From positions 1 through 45,098 of the forward strand of contig JAXLNO010004965.1 of NCBI GenBank assembly GCA_038087875.1: 45,098 nt of DNA, in the 5' to 3' direction. Both the position numbers and the translations under genes were made by a program. The notes beneath the pieces are model-generated. The model was not told the origin of the DNA. It worked only from the letters and a program-made list of their open reading frames with translations, and did not search any database. This stretch comes from Malacoraja senta. Taxonomy: Eukaryota. The stretch's first letter is position 1; each line of letters begins with the position of its first letter. This document shows, piece after piece, positions 21,031 to 33,393 of the stretch.

Positions 21031-23446
21031 CTTTCAATGTTACTGGTGACTATTTGTCTTCAAGACACCGTCTAACTGTTCATAAAGTGTTGGTAACACT
21101 TTTACACGCCTTAATCATGAAAAGGATGGAGACAAGAAGGAAAGGAGGATCCCCAAAGAAGGAACTGGGGAAAGCCACAACCACAGCTGCAGCTTCTGAT
21201 TCCAGCATTATAGAAGCAATATCGAAAATGAACGATGAATTGAAAAATGAGCTGAAAAATGAAATGAAAACAAGATTTGGCAGTTTGGAAGAAATGGTGA
21301 AAGGAGTTTCGACCAAATTGAAGGAGGTCCAAGGAAAACTGTCTTTGTTACAAGATGAACTTCGTGAACAAAAGGATCAAATTGATATCTTGCGCACCCT
21401 GGGACAGGAGAGAGATTTGAAGATTGAAAAATTGGAACGGAGAATGAATGAAAACACTTCAGCAATACAAGTCTAAAAATATGGACTGAGAAAACAGAAG
21501 GCGTGGTTTGAATTGACGAATTGTTGGTTTGCCGGAAAGCCAAGAAGAAGATAACGGTATAAAATATGCTTCTAAAATGATAAAGGAAACATTCAACATT
21601 GAGCACAATGAAAACCTTCCGTTCATGGATAAGGCACACAGGATTGGGAAGAGATCCGGTAATAAACCGAGACACTTGATCATTCGGTTTCATTTTTTTC
21701 AAATGAAGGAGAATATTCTCCTGGCAGCAAAAAAGTTTGGTGTGGTTGAATATGAAGGATGTAAGTTTCGGTTTGTCCCTGATTATAGTTACGAGCTTTT
21801 GGAAATAAGAAATACTTTTTATAATGTAATGTCTGATTTGTATAAGAAAAACTGCGCCGAGCTTTATTATCACCAGCTAGATTGCGTATTCGGCTTTTCA
21901 ATGGTGACTTTCGATTTTTTAACAGTCCTCAAGACGCCTCCAGCTTTCTGAAGAGCTACGACGGGGGAGTAATTGATAGCTGATTAAGTTATAATTGGAG
22001 ATTTACTGTTCCTATTTTGACAACATTTCGTTTGGTAATGATTAAGAATTTAACTGGACGAGTTGTTTTTCTTTTATATATATTATTTTTAGAATTTCTT
22101 TGTTAATTCGTGTTCCCCTGTCGTTAGACAAACTAAGAGAACGCAGTTCTTGTTTTTCATATCTTGACCTTGGATAATAATAAGCAGCATTCCATGCCAG
22201 TCTGTATTTTTTTCTTCTTCTCTCTCAAAGGGATAATTACGAATGTGTTATGACGTAGTGGTTAAATATTATTCTTTTTATGCTGAGCGCTGTTACTGGG
22301 AGAAATGGGATTCGGGAGGGGATTAGGTAGTTTGCTAACTGTCTTTTGGTCAGTTTGGGGTTCTACAGGGGTGGGAGGGGGGGAGAAGGAGGGGTCTTTT
22401 GTTCCCTATTTAGTGATCTCCATTTGTGCAAATTCTGAACTACAAAATTGGCTGAAATGTCGTCACTTCTGCCTCCGCCCTAGATTTTTCTTCTTCCAGT
22501 ATTATGAACTTTTAGGCTTCAAGAAATTAACCCATTACATCCCACATGATTTTTACAAGCAATATGGATAAAGTTACTAATTTCCTTTCATGGAATGTGA
22601 ATGGCTTGAACCATCCCATTAAGAGGATTTAAAAAAAAAAAGTTCTTCACAGACTAAATGCTCAGATTATCTTTGTTCAGGAAATTCACGTAAGGCAAGA
22701 TGACAAGTCACGATTTTTCAAGTTTTGGAGAGGACAGCAGTTTCATTCAAATTCACAGGCTAAGGTGAAAGGAGTCTCTATTTTTATTGACTCTTCAATT
22801 CCGTTTGTTACACTATGAAACAATTTCTGATCCATATGGCAGATTTTTGGTGATTACCGGTGTCCTTTATAGGCAAAAAGTCGCTATGGTGAATGTCTAT
22901 GCACCAAATATTGATCACCCTGAGTTTTTTAAACAGTTAATTGCATCATTTCCTAATTTAAATGAACACTTTTTTAATAATGGGTGGAGACTTCAATTGC
23001 TGTTTGAATCCCTCGATTGATAGGTCTACATTAGATCATGCGCTTCCAAAAAAATCAGCTAATTTATTAATTATTTTTTACTTGACTCGGAATGTTAGAA
23101 ATTTGGAGATTCTTACACGCAAATGACAAAGAATTTTCATTTTTCTCTCATGTATATCATAGCTATTCTAGGATCGACTATTTTATACTAGATTCTCGTC
23201 TAGTTCCATCGGTCATTGCATGTGAGTATGATACAATTGCTATTTCTGATCATGCACCAGTGAAACTATTGATCAAACTACCTGATTCCAAGTTTAGTGC
23301 TAAACAATGGCGATTTAATGCTACTTTGCTTCAAGACTTAAACTTTATTAAGTTTATGAAAGATCAGATTACTTTTTACTTCTTGACAAACTGTAATGAA
23401 GAGATATCCAATGGTATCGTTTGGGATGCTTTTAAGGCATATATTC

Positions 23447-24812
23447 TACAGAGGATGCCCGTTCTACAGAGGATGCCATCTGTACCACGCTGCATACAGT
23501 GCTCACGCATCTGGAAAACAGAAACACATACGCCAGAATCCCTGTACATTGACTTCAGCTCAGCGTTTAACACCATCATCCCACAGAGACTTGTGGAGAA
23601 ACTAACCCTGCTAGGCCTCAACACCACCCTGTATCATTGGATCTTGGACTTTCTGACAGAGAGACCGCAGTCAGACCGTGTTGGCAAGAACACTTTAGGC
23701 TCGATCACGCTGAGCACCGGCTCCCCTCAAGGATGTATGCTCAGCCCGCTGTTGTTCACATTGCTCACACGTGACTGTGCTGCCAGATTCAGGGACAATA
23801 AGATCATAAAACTCGCGGATGACACAACAGTGGTGGGACTCATCAGCGGAGATGATGAATCAATGTACAGGGAGGAAGTAAAACAACTAGTGGACTGGTG
23901 CGGCAAAAATAATTTAGAATTAAATGTCGACAAAACAAAGGAGATGGTTGTCGACTTCAGGAGGGCGCAGCCAAAGCATACACCCCTTAACATCAGTGGC
24001 GCCACAGTGGAGAGAGTGGAGATCATAAAGTTCCTCGGAGTGCAAATTACAGACAGCCTCACCTGGTCCAGGAACACCACTGGGACCGTCAAACGGGCCC
24101 ATCAGCGACTGCACTTCCTGAGGAAACTAAAACAGGGCTCACTCCCCACCAACATCGTCAGGACTTTCTACAGGGGTACGGTGGAATCTGTACTCACGTA
24201 CTGCATAAATACGTGGTACTCCACCTGCAACTGCTCGGACAGGAAGGCTCTGCAGAGGGTAGTCAGGGGAGCAGAGATGATCATTGGCGTCTCCCTACCC
24301 TCGGTACAAGAACTGTTCCAGAGCCGCTGTCTGAAAAAAGCTCAGAGAATTGCTAAGGACAAACTGCACCCCCTCCACATACACCTGGATCTCCTGCCAT
24401 CAGGCAAGAGATATCGCAGCATCAAAGCCCGGACTACAAGACTGTTAAACAGCTTCCTGCCATATGCTGTGAGGCTGCTAAACAGCCACTCTGTACTCAG
24501 TCACCTGATTCTGCGGCTTGGCACGGACACTTTAATAACTGCCACTGGCCACTTCAATAACTGCCATGGCCACTCAAATCAGCTGCCCCGGACATGTTTA
24601 TGATTGGTTTTACAGTATTTTAACGTTGTTTTAACCTACTTTTTAACTATTTATACTGTTCCATCAGGGACTGGATTGTTTTTAGTGTTATTATGTGTGA
24701 AATGTTTTAAATTTCATGTGGAATGCCTGTATTCCCTGGGAAACGTCTTTTCATTTTGCACTGTACAACTGTTGCTTGCCAGATGACAATAAAGGTTGAT
24801 TTGATTTGATTT
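23447..24812 (+). mobile_element. 5'-truncated Rex1/Babar-like LINE nested in L1 ORF2
   Basis: [26 protein letters not shown] and LHFLRKL; (TTGAT)n tail. The host L1 reads WDAFKAYI | RGQIISY across the insert. Confidence 0.9.
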
Positions 24813-25529
24813 CGTGGACAAATTATTTCATACTCCGCGGGATTAAAAAAACAAACACAAAAAGGAATACGCACGTTGGCTGACGAGATTAAAGAAATTT
24901 ATTAAAAATATTCAAAAGCTCCTAGTTTAGAGCTCTATAAGAATAGAGTTGACCTTCAATTGAGATATGATTTGTTATTAGTATCACCGATTGAGAACCA
25001 GTTACTTAAAACCAAAAGTAAATTTTATATAAATGGCGAAAAAAATCTGGTAAATTACTTGCTAATCAATTGACAGCAGCGTCGGCCAAGCGTCAGATTA
25101 CTAAAGTGAGTAATCCGGATGGTACAGTAACTATAGACCATGACGAAATTAATAAATCCTTTCAGGAATTTTATACCTCCCTATACCAATCAGATGTTCC
25201 TACTGATTCCAATATAATGCATGAGTTTTTAAAGAAATTGAACTTACCAAATTTACCATACAATGAGTCTCTGTTGTTAGATGAACCCATCACGGATGAA
25301 GAAATACAGAAAGCAATTTGTTCAATGAATTCTGGTAAAGCTCCCGGTTTAGATGGGTTTACAGTAGAATTTTTTAAGTATTTCTCAAATGTATTGTCTC
25401 CATGGCTATGCAAGGTATTTATAGAAGCCTTTTTAAGGAATAGATTACCACAATCTTTTTATGAAGCTTCTATTTCTTTAATTTAAAAAAAAGATAAAGA
25501 CCCTACTAAAGTGACATCATATAGACCTA

Positions 25530-25871
25530 AGGTACACAAAAATGCTGGAGAAACTCAGCGGGTGCAGCAGCATCTATGGAGCGAAGGAAATAGGTAACGT
25601 TTCGGGCCGAAACCCTTCTTCAGACTGATAGGGGGTGGGGAGAAGAAAGGAAAAAAGGAAAAGGCGGAGGATGAGCCCGAGGGCTGGGGGAGGGGAGAAG
25701 ACAACCAGAGGGCTGATGAAGGGGAGGGGACAGCCAGGGCTAGCAGAATTGGGAGAATTCAACATTCAGGCCACCAGGATGTAGACTGCCCAAGCGGAAT
25801 ATGAGGTGCATTTCCTCCAATTTACGGTGTTGTGGCGGAATATGAGGTGCATTTCCTCTCCCTCTATCCCT
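25530..25871 (-). mobile_element. Short Penelope-like insertion (ORF 3' end + pLTR) nested in L1
   Basis: 11-bp TSD ATATAGACCTA at 25519-25529 and 25872-25882. The minus strand encodes HRKLEEMHLIFRLGSLHPGGLNVEFS. The host L1 reads TSYRP | ISMLN. Confidence 0.88.
25592..25626 (-). ncRNA. Putative minimal type-I hammerhead ribozyme in the Penelope pLTR
   Basis: The minus strand reads AGU-CUGAAGA-A-GGGU-UUCG-GCCC-GAAAC-GUU-ACCU: core CUGANGA and GAAA, stem II capped by UUCG, palindromic ACGU in place of stem III. Stem I is weak. Confidence 0.6.
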
Positions 25872-26661
25872 ATATAGACCTATATCCATGTTAAATGGAG
25901 ATTTTAAAATTGTTTCCAAAATATTACCTATGAGATTGGAAAAGATTTTACCGCAAATTATCTCTGAAGATCAGACAGGTTTTATTAAAAATCGTTACTC
26001 ATTCTTTAATGTTAGGAGATTAATAAATATTGTATATACAGCGTCTAATAAAACCCCAGAATGTGTCATCTCACTTGATGCCGAGTAGGCTATTGATAGA
26101 GTAGAATGGAATACTTATTCAATATACTTGAAAAAGTTAAGATTGGTCCAAAATGTATCTCTTGGATCAAACTGCTATACCTTATACCTCAGGCTTCTGT
26201 ATTTACTAATAATCAGAGATCCCCTTTTTTTCAGGCTCTTTCAAGGTACTAGACAGGGCTGTCCCTTAAGTCCTTTACTATTTGATATTGCTTTGGAAAC
26301 TTTAGCCACTGCTATTAGGGAATCCCCTAATATTTTTGGTATTGTCCGCGGGAATAAGACACATAAGATATCTCTTGATGCAGATGATCTGTTATTATTT
26401 ATTTCTAACCCTGAGAAATCTATTCCAGCAATAGTAGCATTACTTAATCAATTCAGTAGTTTTTCTGGTTATAAACTAAATCTTAGTAAGGGTGAGCTTT
26501 TCCATTAAATAATTTTGTTTCGAGTTATGGACAGTTTCCATTTAGATGGACTACCGAAAGTGTTACTTATTTAGGTATTAAGATCACCAAGAAACACAAG
26601 GATTTATTTAAAGCTAATTTTATTCCTTTAATTGACCATATTAAACATCAGTTCACTAAAT

Positions 26662-28027
26662 CGGTTCACTGCTTCCTCTCCCAGTTTGACCCGGTCACCC
26701 CTACTGAAATCTCCAAACTCATCAGCTCTTCCAAACCCACTGCCTGCTCCCTTGACCCTCTCCCCACTCCCCTGCTCAAGTCCTGCCTCCCTGCTCTCTG
26801 CCCCTACCTCACTAATCTTTTCAACTCCTCATTGTCCCAAGGAATTGTCCCCTCTGCTTTCAAAACTGCTGCTATCACACCAATCTTAAAGAAACCTGGT
26901 CTTGATCCCTCCTCCCTCATTAACTACCGCCCTATCTCAAACCTCCCCTATCTTTCAAAAACCCTGGAGCGTATCGTCGCGTCACAACTTCATTCCCACC
27001 TCCTCGCGTATAACCTATTCGAACCACTCCAATCTGGCTTTCGCCCCCTCCATAGCACAGAAACTGCTCCCCTGAAAGTCCTCAATGATCTCCTTACCTC
27101 TGCTGACACTGGCTCCCTCAATATCCTCATCCTCGACCTGAGTGCAGCCTTCGATACCGTCAACCATAACATCCTGTAACAAAACAGAATTTCTCCTCAT
27201 TGGCTCCAAATCAACACTCACTAAAATTAACAACCCCACTCTCATTATTGACGGCACCATTGTCTCCCCATCTCCTCAGGCCCACAACCTTGGCGTGATC
27301 TTTGACTCAACCCTCTCCCTTGAGCCTCACATCCGCCATGTTGTCAAAACATCATTTTTTCACCTCCGCAACATTGCCAAAAGCAGATCCTCTCTCACAC
27401 CCCCCGCTGCTGAAAGACTCATCCATGCCTTCATCTCCTCCCGACTGGACTACTGTAACTCACTTCTCTTTGGAATCAATTCCAGCAGCATCAACCGACT
27501 CCAACTGGTCCAGAATGCAGCCGCTCGACTCATTACCCACACCAAATCCTGGCACCACATCATCCCAGTTCTCAAAGAACTTCACTGGCTTCCCATTTCC
27601 CACCGGATCATCTACAAAATCCTGGTCCTCACCTACAAAGCCCTCAACAACTTGCCCCCCCCCCTTATCTCACTGACCTCCTCTCCCCCTACCAACCCTC
27701 ACGGTCCCTCAGATCCACATCAGCTGGTCTCCTCTCCACTCCGAAATCAAACCTCTGCACTTTTGGAAGCAGAGCCTTCTCCAGGGCAGCTCCCAGGCTC
27801 TGGAATTCCCTCCCACAACTGGTCCGAAATTCTGAGTCCCTCACCATCTTCCAGTCCCGCCTCAAGACCCATCTCTTCATCTCTGCATACCCTTAGTCCC
27901 ATGTTCCCCTCCCCTTTGCATCTCTGTCTTACTGCTCTATTTTGTTTTGTTTATTCCTGACTCTCAATGTAAAGCGACTTTGAGTCCTGAAAAGCGCTAT
28001 ATAAATAAAATCTATTATTATTATTAT
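26662..28027 (+). mobile_element. 5'-truncated L2 LINE with internal RT deletion, nested in L1
   Basis: TAAAT TSD at 26657-26661 and 28028-28032. NYRPISNLP...DLSAAFDTVNHNIL jumps directly to NKTEFLLIG at about 27178. (TTA)n tail. The host L1 reads HQFTK | WSPKS. Confidence 0.9.
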
Positions 28028-29884
28028 TAAATGGTCACCAAAGTCCTTATTCTTAATTGGCCGAATCAATGCTATTAAAATTTTCATTTTACCTAAATTT
28101 CTGTATTTATTTCAGACGATACCAATTTTTATTTACAAATCTTTCTTTGATATTATAGACTCTAACATTTCTTCATATACATGGCAGAATAAAAATCCCA
28201 GACTAGGTAAAAAATACCTACAGAAATCAAAAAAAGTTGGTGGTTTGGCATTGCCGAACCTTAGACTCTACTATTGGGCAGTCAATGTTCGTTATTTAAC
28301 ATTATGGACAAAAGATTTAGAAGATACCTAATGCCCTGGATGGATAAACCTAGAACGTAATTCCTTACAAGGGCTACAATTGGCTTCTATTCTAGGGACC
28401 TCGTTACCTTTTACAATTATGAGATTGAATAAATATATGACTAACCCAATAATAAGACATACGTTCCGAATACGGTTTCAATTTCGTAAGATTTTTGGAC
28501 TATCTGATTTTATCCAAATTTCTCTTCCAACCATCTAGTACTGATCAAGTTTTTTTGTTATGGAAGAGGAAGGGATTAGTAGCTTTTCGTGATTTGATTT
28601 TGGAGGGTTGTTTTATGTCTTTCGAACTCTCCAATAAATGTAACTTACCTAATTCACATTTTTTTTTGATATTTACAAGTTAGACAATAGGAACTATCCC
28701 TTTTCCCGCTACCACATCAATCCGAAATTTGGGATTTTTTTTTACAGTTGAACCCTTATCAGAAAGGATTAATAACGACTATTCTTGAGTTGATTTTAAA
28801 ATTACAAATAGATACATTTGATAAAAATTAAGAATGACTGGGAATGAGAACTCAAAATTTCTTTATAGAGAAATGGGAGAGGGTCCTTCAATTAGTTAAT
28901 ACCTCTTCAATGTGTGCAAGACACGCTTTGATACAATTTGAGGTGGTCCACAGAGCTCATATGTCAAAAGATAAGTTAGCTCGTTTTTCTGGTCATATAA
29001 ATCCTACCTGTGACAGATGTAACTCTGAAGTGGCATCACTGACCCATATGTTTTGGTCCTGCCCTCTTTTGGAAATATATTGGAAAGAAATTGTTGATAC
29101 TATTTCGGTAGTCTTAGGTATAGATTTACAACCTCATCCTATTACTGCAATTTTTGGGTTACCAATGTTAGATTCTATTCATTTGTCCCACTCCGCCCAT
29201 CGGTTGATTGCTTTTACCACATAAATTGCCAGAAGATTTATTGTCTTTAAATGGAAAGATTCCAACCCTCCGACCACACTCCAGTGGTATTCTGAAACGA
29301 TATCATGTTTAAATTTAGAAAAAATCAGGTGACATTGTTGAACCCTTGGTTAAATTTGATAAGACTTGGGGAAAATTTATTGAACACTTTCATACAACAT
29401 AAATTGATCCCTCTTTAACCGTTATAAAAATTATTTTACCTTCATAGGGTGGAACGGACTTGACGACAAACAGACTTAAATTGTTGAATTTCTCAGTTCA
29501 GATTCGGTTTTGCTCTGTTTTGTTTTATTTATTTATTTTATTTTTATACTTATTTTATTATTATCAATTTTTTTTAAAAAAATTTAGTTTAGGGGGGTTT
29601 TGTTTTTTCTTTTTCTTTTTGTCTTTTTATCTTTCCTTTTTTTTACATTTATGTTTCTTTTTAAAGATTTAACTATATTTACATAGAGACCGAGAGGTCT
29701 ATATTCATTGTGTATTTTGACACTGGTCTCATATTAGTTTATACCTGTTATTAATGTGTTTAATCCTGATCCCTATGTATCAATACCATTGTTATGTTTA
29801 TCATTATTATTTTTGCTCTGTTTTTGTGTTTTATGTTTGTTTTTGTTTTTTGGAAAAAAAACAATAAAAAGATTTTAAAAGAAA

Positions 29885-30425
29885 GGTACTGAATAAAAAA
29901 GTTGGGATGTTGTGCTACAGTTGTACAAGATGTTGGTGAGGCCACATTTGGAGTATTGTGTTAAGTTTTGGTCACTCCACTATCGGAAGGATGTCATTAA
30001 CAGGGCCTGTGATTCAGGGAGAGGATGAGAATGCTTGGACTTTAGTCCTTGGCACGCAAGAGGCTGAGGGGTGATCTTATAGAAGTTTATAAAATCAAGG
30101 AGCATAGATAGATTGATTGCACAGAATCTTTTAACCAGCCTTATGTAATCAAGAACCAGAGGACTTAGGTTTAAGGTGAGAAGGAAACGAGTTACTCGGA
30201 ACCAGAGGAAGTGGAAATATGGAAGAACATTCCAGGGGAAGGAGTTGAGGCAGGTATTAAAAAACATTTAGAACACACTTGGACAGGTACATACTGTAGA
30301 TAGGAAAGGTTCAGTGAGATATGGGTCAATTGCAGGAAAATTGTAGTTTAAACATGGCATCTTGGTTGGCATGGCCAAGTTGAGGCAAAGGGCCCATTTC
30401 CATGCCGTATGACTCTATGGCTCCG
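29885..30425 (+). mobile_element. Decayed CR1 3' fragment
   Basis: LVRPHLEYCV-like sequence and a CR1-type 3' end with deletions. Confidence 0.75.
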
Positions 30426-30961
30426 TGGGCTTGAAAAGCCAATTCATTTCCGTTTCACTGCTAAATGATAGTTAATCACCCTTACTAATATTGACGACGA
30501 TGGCAGACCCATGACCATGACTGGTTTACAGTGATAATAAGCTAACCATTGCCTCAGTTCAAATATGCATGTCGTTAATGTTCAATGACTAAATTGTTGC
30601 TGCATTCTTAGTTTTGGCAAGGTTCTGATCTGGGTGCTGGAGATGTTAGACATCTTGATACCATGAAAGCAGAATCTCAATTTCAGGAAATATACTTGCT
30701 GAATGGTGTCTCAGACCAGCAATGCCTGGGAACATTGTATTTTGAAGAGGAAATTATACACAACCAAGGCCAAGTGCTCGAGAAAGCTGCACGTCTGTTA
30801 TTTCAATGAAAACTCTGCTCTTCATCCATCTTGTCATTTTGATCACCCAGTTTAGTTTATAATATTGTATAACATTTGCAATCAATTCTCACAGTTTATG
30901 ACATTTACAGCTGGCGTGAAGATGCATCAGTCAATACCTTCTGTCTTCCAATTTATTTTAT

Positions 30962-31150
30962 TTAATAGAAAGATAGAAACATTAAAAAAAATAGGTGCAG
31001 GAATAGGCTATTCGGCCCTTTGAGCCAGCACCGCCATTCAATACAATCATGGCTGATCATCCAAAATTAATACTCCGATCTGGCTTTTTCCCCATATCCC
31101 TTGACTCCCTTAGCCCTAAGAGCTAAATCTAACTCTCTCTTGAAAACAGT
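30962..31150 (-). mobile_element. CR1 3' UTR fragment related to the young family
   Basis: AATAGGTGCAGGAATAGGCTATTCGGCCCTTTGAGCCAGCACCGCCATTCAATAC matches the reverse complement of 13385-13470. Confidence 0.8.
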
Positions 31151-32349
31151 GATACAGTGTGTAAACAGGCCATTTGTGCCACCAAATCCATACTAACCAG
31201 CAATCACCCATTCATAATAGATTTCCCATCCACCCCTACACTATCAGGGTGACTTACCGAGGATGATTACCTGCACACATGCTCATCTTTGGGATATGGG
31301 AGGAAACCGGAGCTCCCTGAGGAAGCCAACATAGTCACAAGGAGAACGTGCAAACTCCACGTAGACAGTACCCGAGGTCCAGATTGAACCTGGGTCTCTG
31401 GCGTTGTGAGCCAGCAGTTCTACCAGCTGCACTACCATGCTGCATTATGTACAAACTCTAAATCCTACACTGACTTTCCCTTCCACTTGTTATATTCAAC
31501 ACAATAACTTCTTTACACAGGAGGAAAGTGAACTGCAATTCATCACCAGAATATATCTTACAACAGTGTGATCACAGGCAAGAAACCAGTGATATAGATT
31601 ACACTAAAACCCTGATCATCCAGCTCTCTTGGGATTTGGGAAATAGTAGATTTTAAGGACTGCTACATGTTACTCCAAACATACTTTAAGTCAACTAATT
31701 TAAGCACTTGTTGAGCAAGTCAGTGGTTGAGGTGCATCTGTACACTACTGTCAGACTTAAGCGGAGGAATACCCATTGTAATTTGCCTGAAGAGTCTCGA
31801 ACCAGATTGTCACCTATCCATGGTCTCCAGGGATGTTGCCTGACCTGCTGAGTTACTATAGCACTGTCCCTCACAGTCTTTCCCAATCTTATAAATCAAA
31901 AATAGTCAACATCGTTCTACATCATATAGAGTCATGGAAATATGCAGCATACAAACATGGCCTTTGTCCCACTGACCTGCGCCAACCATTCATGTACACT
32001 AATCCTATAGTTGTCCCACATTCTCATCAGCTCTCCCCACATTGTATCATGCACAATCTAGGGGACAACTAACCTACCAAACAATGTTTTGGGGATGTGG
32101 GAGGAAACCAGAGCCCCTGGGGAAACCCACATGGTCACAGGAACAACATGCAAACTCTACAGATACAACAGCCGATGTCGGTATTTAATTCAGGTCTCTG
32201 TCTCTGTGCTGTCCTGTTTCACATTGTAGTCCACCTGTCATGTTGTTGCTCATTCATTCGGCTTTCCACCTTGAACCATTTCTCCCACTACTCACATTCC
32301 CACTTAATTTGAAGTTTTCCAGCAACAGCGGCCTTGGTGGCAGCTACTG

Positions 32350-32660
32350 TGTGCAGCGGTAGAGTTGCTGCCTTACAGTGCTTGCAGCACCGGAGACCCG
32401 GGTTCGATCCCGACTACTGATGCTGTCTGTACAGAGTTTGTACGTTCTCCCCGTGACCGCGTGGGTTTTCTCCGAGATCTAAGGTTTCCTCCCACACTCC
32501 AAAGACGTACAGGTATGTAGGTTAATTGGCTTGGTGTGCGTGTATAGGATAGTGTTAATGTGTATAGGATAGTGTTAATGTGCGGGGATCGCTGGTCAGC
32601 GCAGACTCGTTGGGCCGAAGGACCTGTTTCGTCACTGTATCTCTAAATTAAAATAAAACA
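32350..32660 (+). mobile_element. HE1/V-SINE-like tRNA-derived SINE
   Basis: A-box-like GTGCAGCGGTAG, B-box GGTTCGATCC, conserved core, CR1-derived 3' end and CTAAA-type tail. It has an internal 20-bp duplication, GTGTATAGGATAGTGTTAAT. Confidence 0.85.
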
Positions 32661-32734
32661 AAACTAGTAAACGTTAAACTGCAACCAATCTGCCTCATAG
32701 CTGACTTGGATTGTGAGCAGTGGAAGCCCCCAAC

Positions 32735-33040
32735 AGAGCAGCACAGTGTCACAACTCGTAGAGCTGCTGCCTCACAGCGACACAGACCCGGGTTCAATTT
32801 TGACCTTGAGTGCCATCTATGTGGAGTTTGCACGTTCTCCGTGTAACCGCATTGGATCCCTCCAGGGGCTCCGGTTTCCTCACACATCCTAAGATGTGTC
32901 AGTTTATAGTTTAATTGGCCACTGTAAATTGCCCCTAGTGGGTGAGTGACTGGATGAGATGGTGCAATGAGATAGAATTCATGAGAATAGGTGGTTGGTG
33001 GTTGGCCGAAAGGACTGCTTGCATGCTGTACTTTTTAATG
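32735..33040 (+). mobile_element. Second HE1-like SINE
   Basis: GGGTTCAATT B-box and GGTTTCCTCACACATCCTAAGA core. Further decayed copies lie at about 13620-13810(-), 31150-31440(-), 31920-32230(-), 42530-42800(+) and 44305-44525(+). Confidence 0.75.
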
Positions 33041-33285
33041 ACTCATTGATATTTCTAGGATTTGGGGCAGTGAATCCATAATGTATAACATTTTTTTACA
33101 CTGAATTCACAATTTTTAAATATCTGATTATCAGAAACATTTAACAACAGCACAAAGGCTAGTTGACAGTGGTGACTGTCGAGGCATTTCAGGTGTAGCT
33201 GCTGCCTTATCCTACTTGAGATCGATCATTTCTTCAAGCCCAATACCTTTACTAGCAACAGTGCATCACAATTTTTCCATCTTAC

Positions 33286-33393
33286 CTCTCCTCTTTTTTC
33301 TCCACCAAACAATTACTGCCAAGACAATAGCCAGCAATATCAGCACACACACGGCAATAAGGCCTATGTGCCTGTCTTTCTGCCTATTTCCTT
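33286..33393 (-). CDS. Connecting peptide + transmembrane exon of the MHC class I-like gene
   Basis: Acceptor TTCTTATTTTTCAG|AA and donor AGAG|GTAAGA. The exon is 108 nt, phase 1-1, and encodes (E)GNRQKDRHIGLIAVCVLILLAIVLAVIVWWRKKRR(G/D): a hydrophobic helix followed by a basic stop-transfer cluster. It is on the same strand and in the same phase as the C1 exon. Confidence 0.85.

Larger units (their letters stand above)
21054..29885 (+). mobile_element. Second, older L1 element interrupted by three nested insertions
   Basis: Degraded ORF1 at 21116-21950 (RIVGLPES, DKAHR, FVPDYS). ORF2 starts at about 22565 (NFLSWNVNGLNHPIKR) and runs to about 29400 (CDRCNSEVASLTHMFWSC). The frame rejoins across each insertion. 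T-rich 3' UTR and A-rich end. Confidence 0.9.

Noticed and set aside
30447-30456. ISRE-like GAAACGGAAA (minus strand)
   Set aside because: A single 10-bp intronic motif is expected by chance and has no supporting context.
30646-30725. Alternative tail exon GIAGLRHHSASIFPEIEILLSWYQDV* with a YQDV motif
   Set aside because: The pyrimidine tract is weak (AAAATACAATGTTCCCAG) compared with the 8665 site. Kept as a reminder that YxxPhi motifs arise by chance.
31695-31790. Minus-strand segment resembling a class I tail (GYSSA / KSDSS)
   Set aside because: The motifs are in different frames, neither in phase 1, and the acceptor AG comes from a Penelope pLTR remnant.
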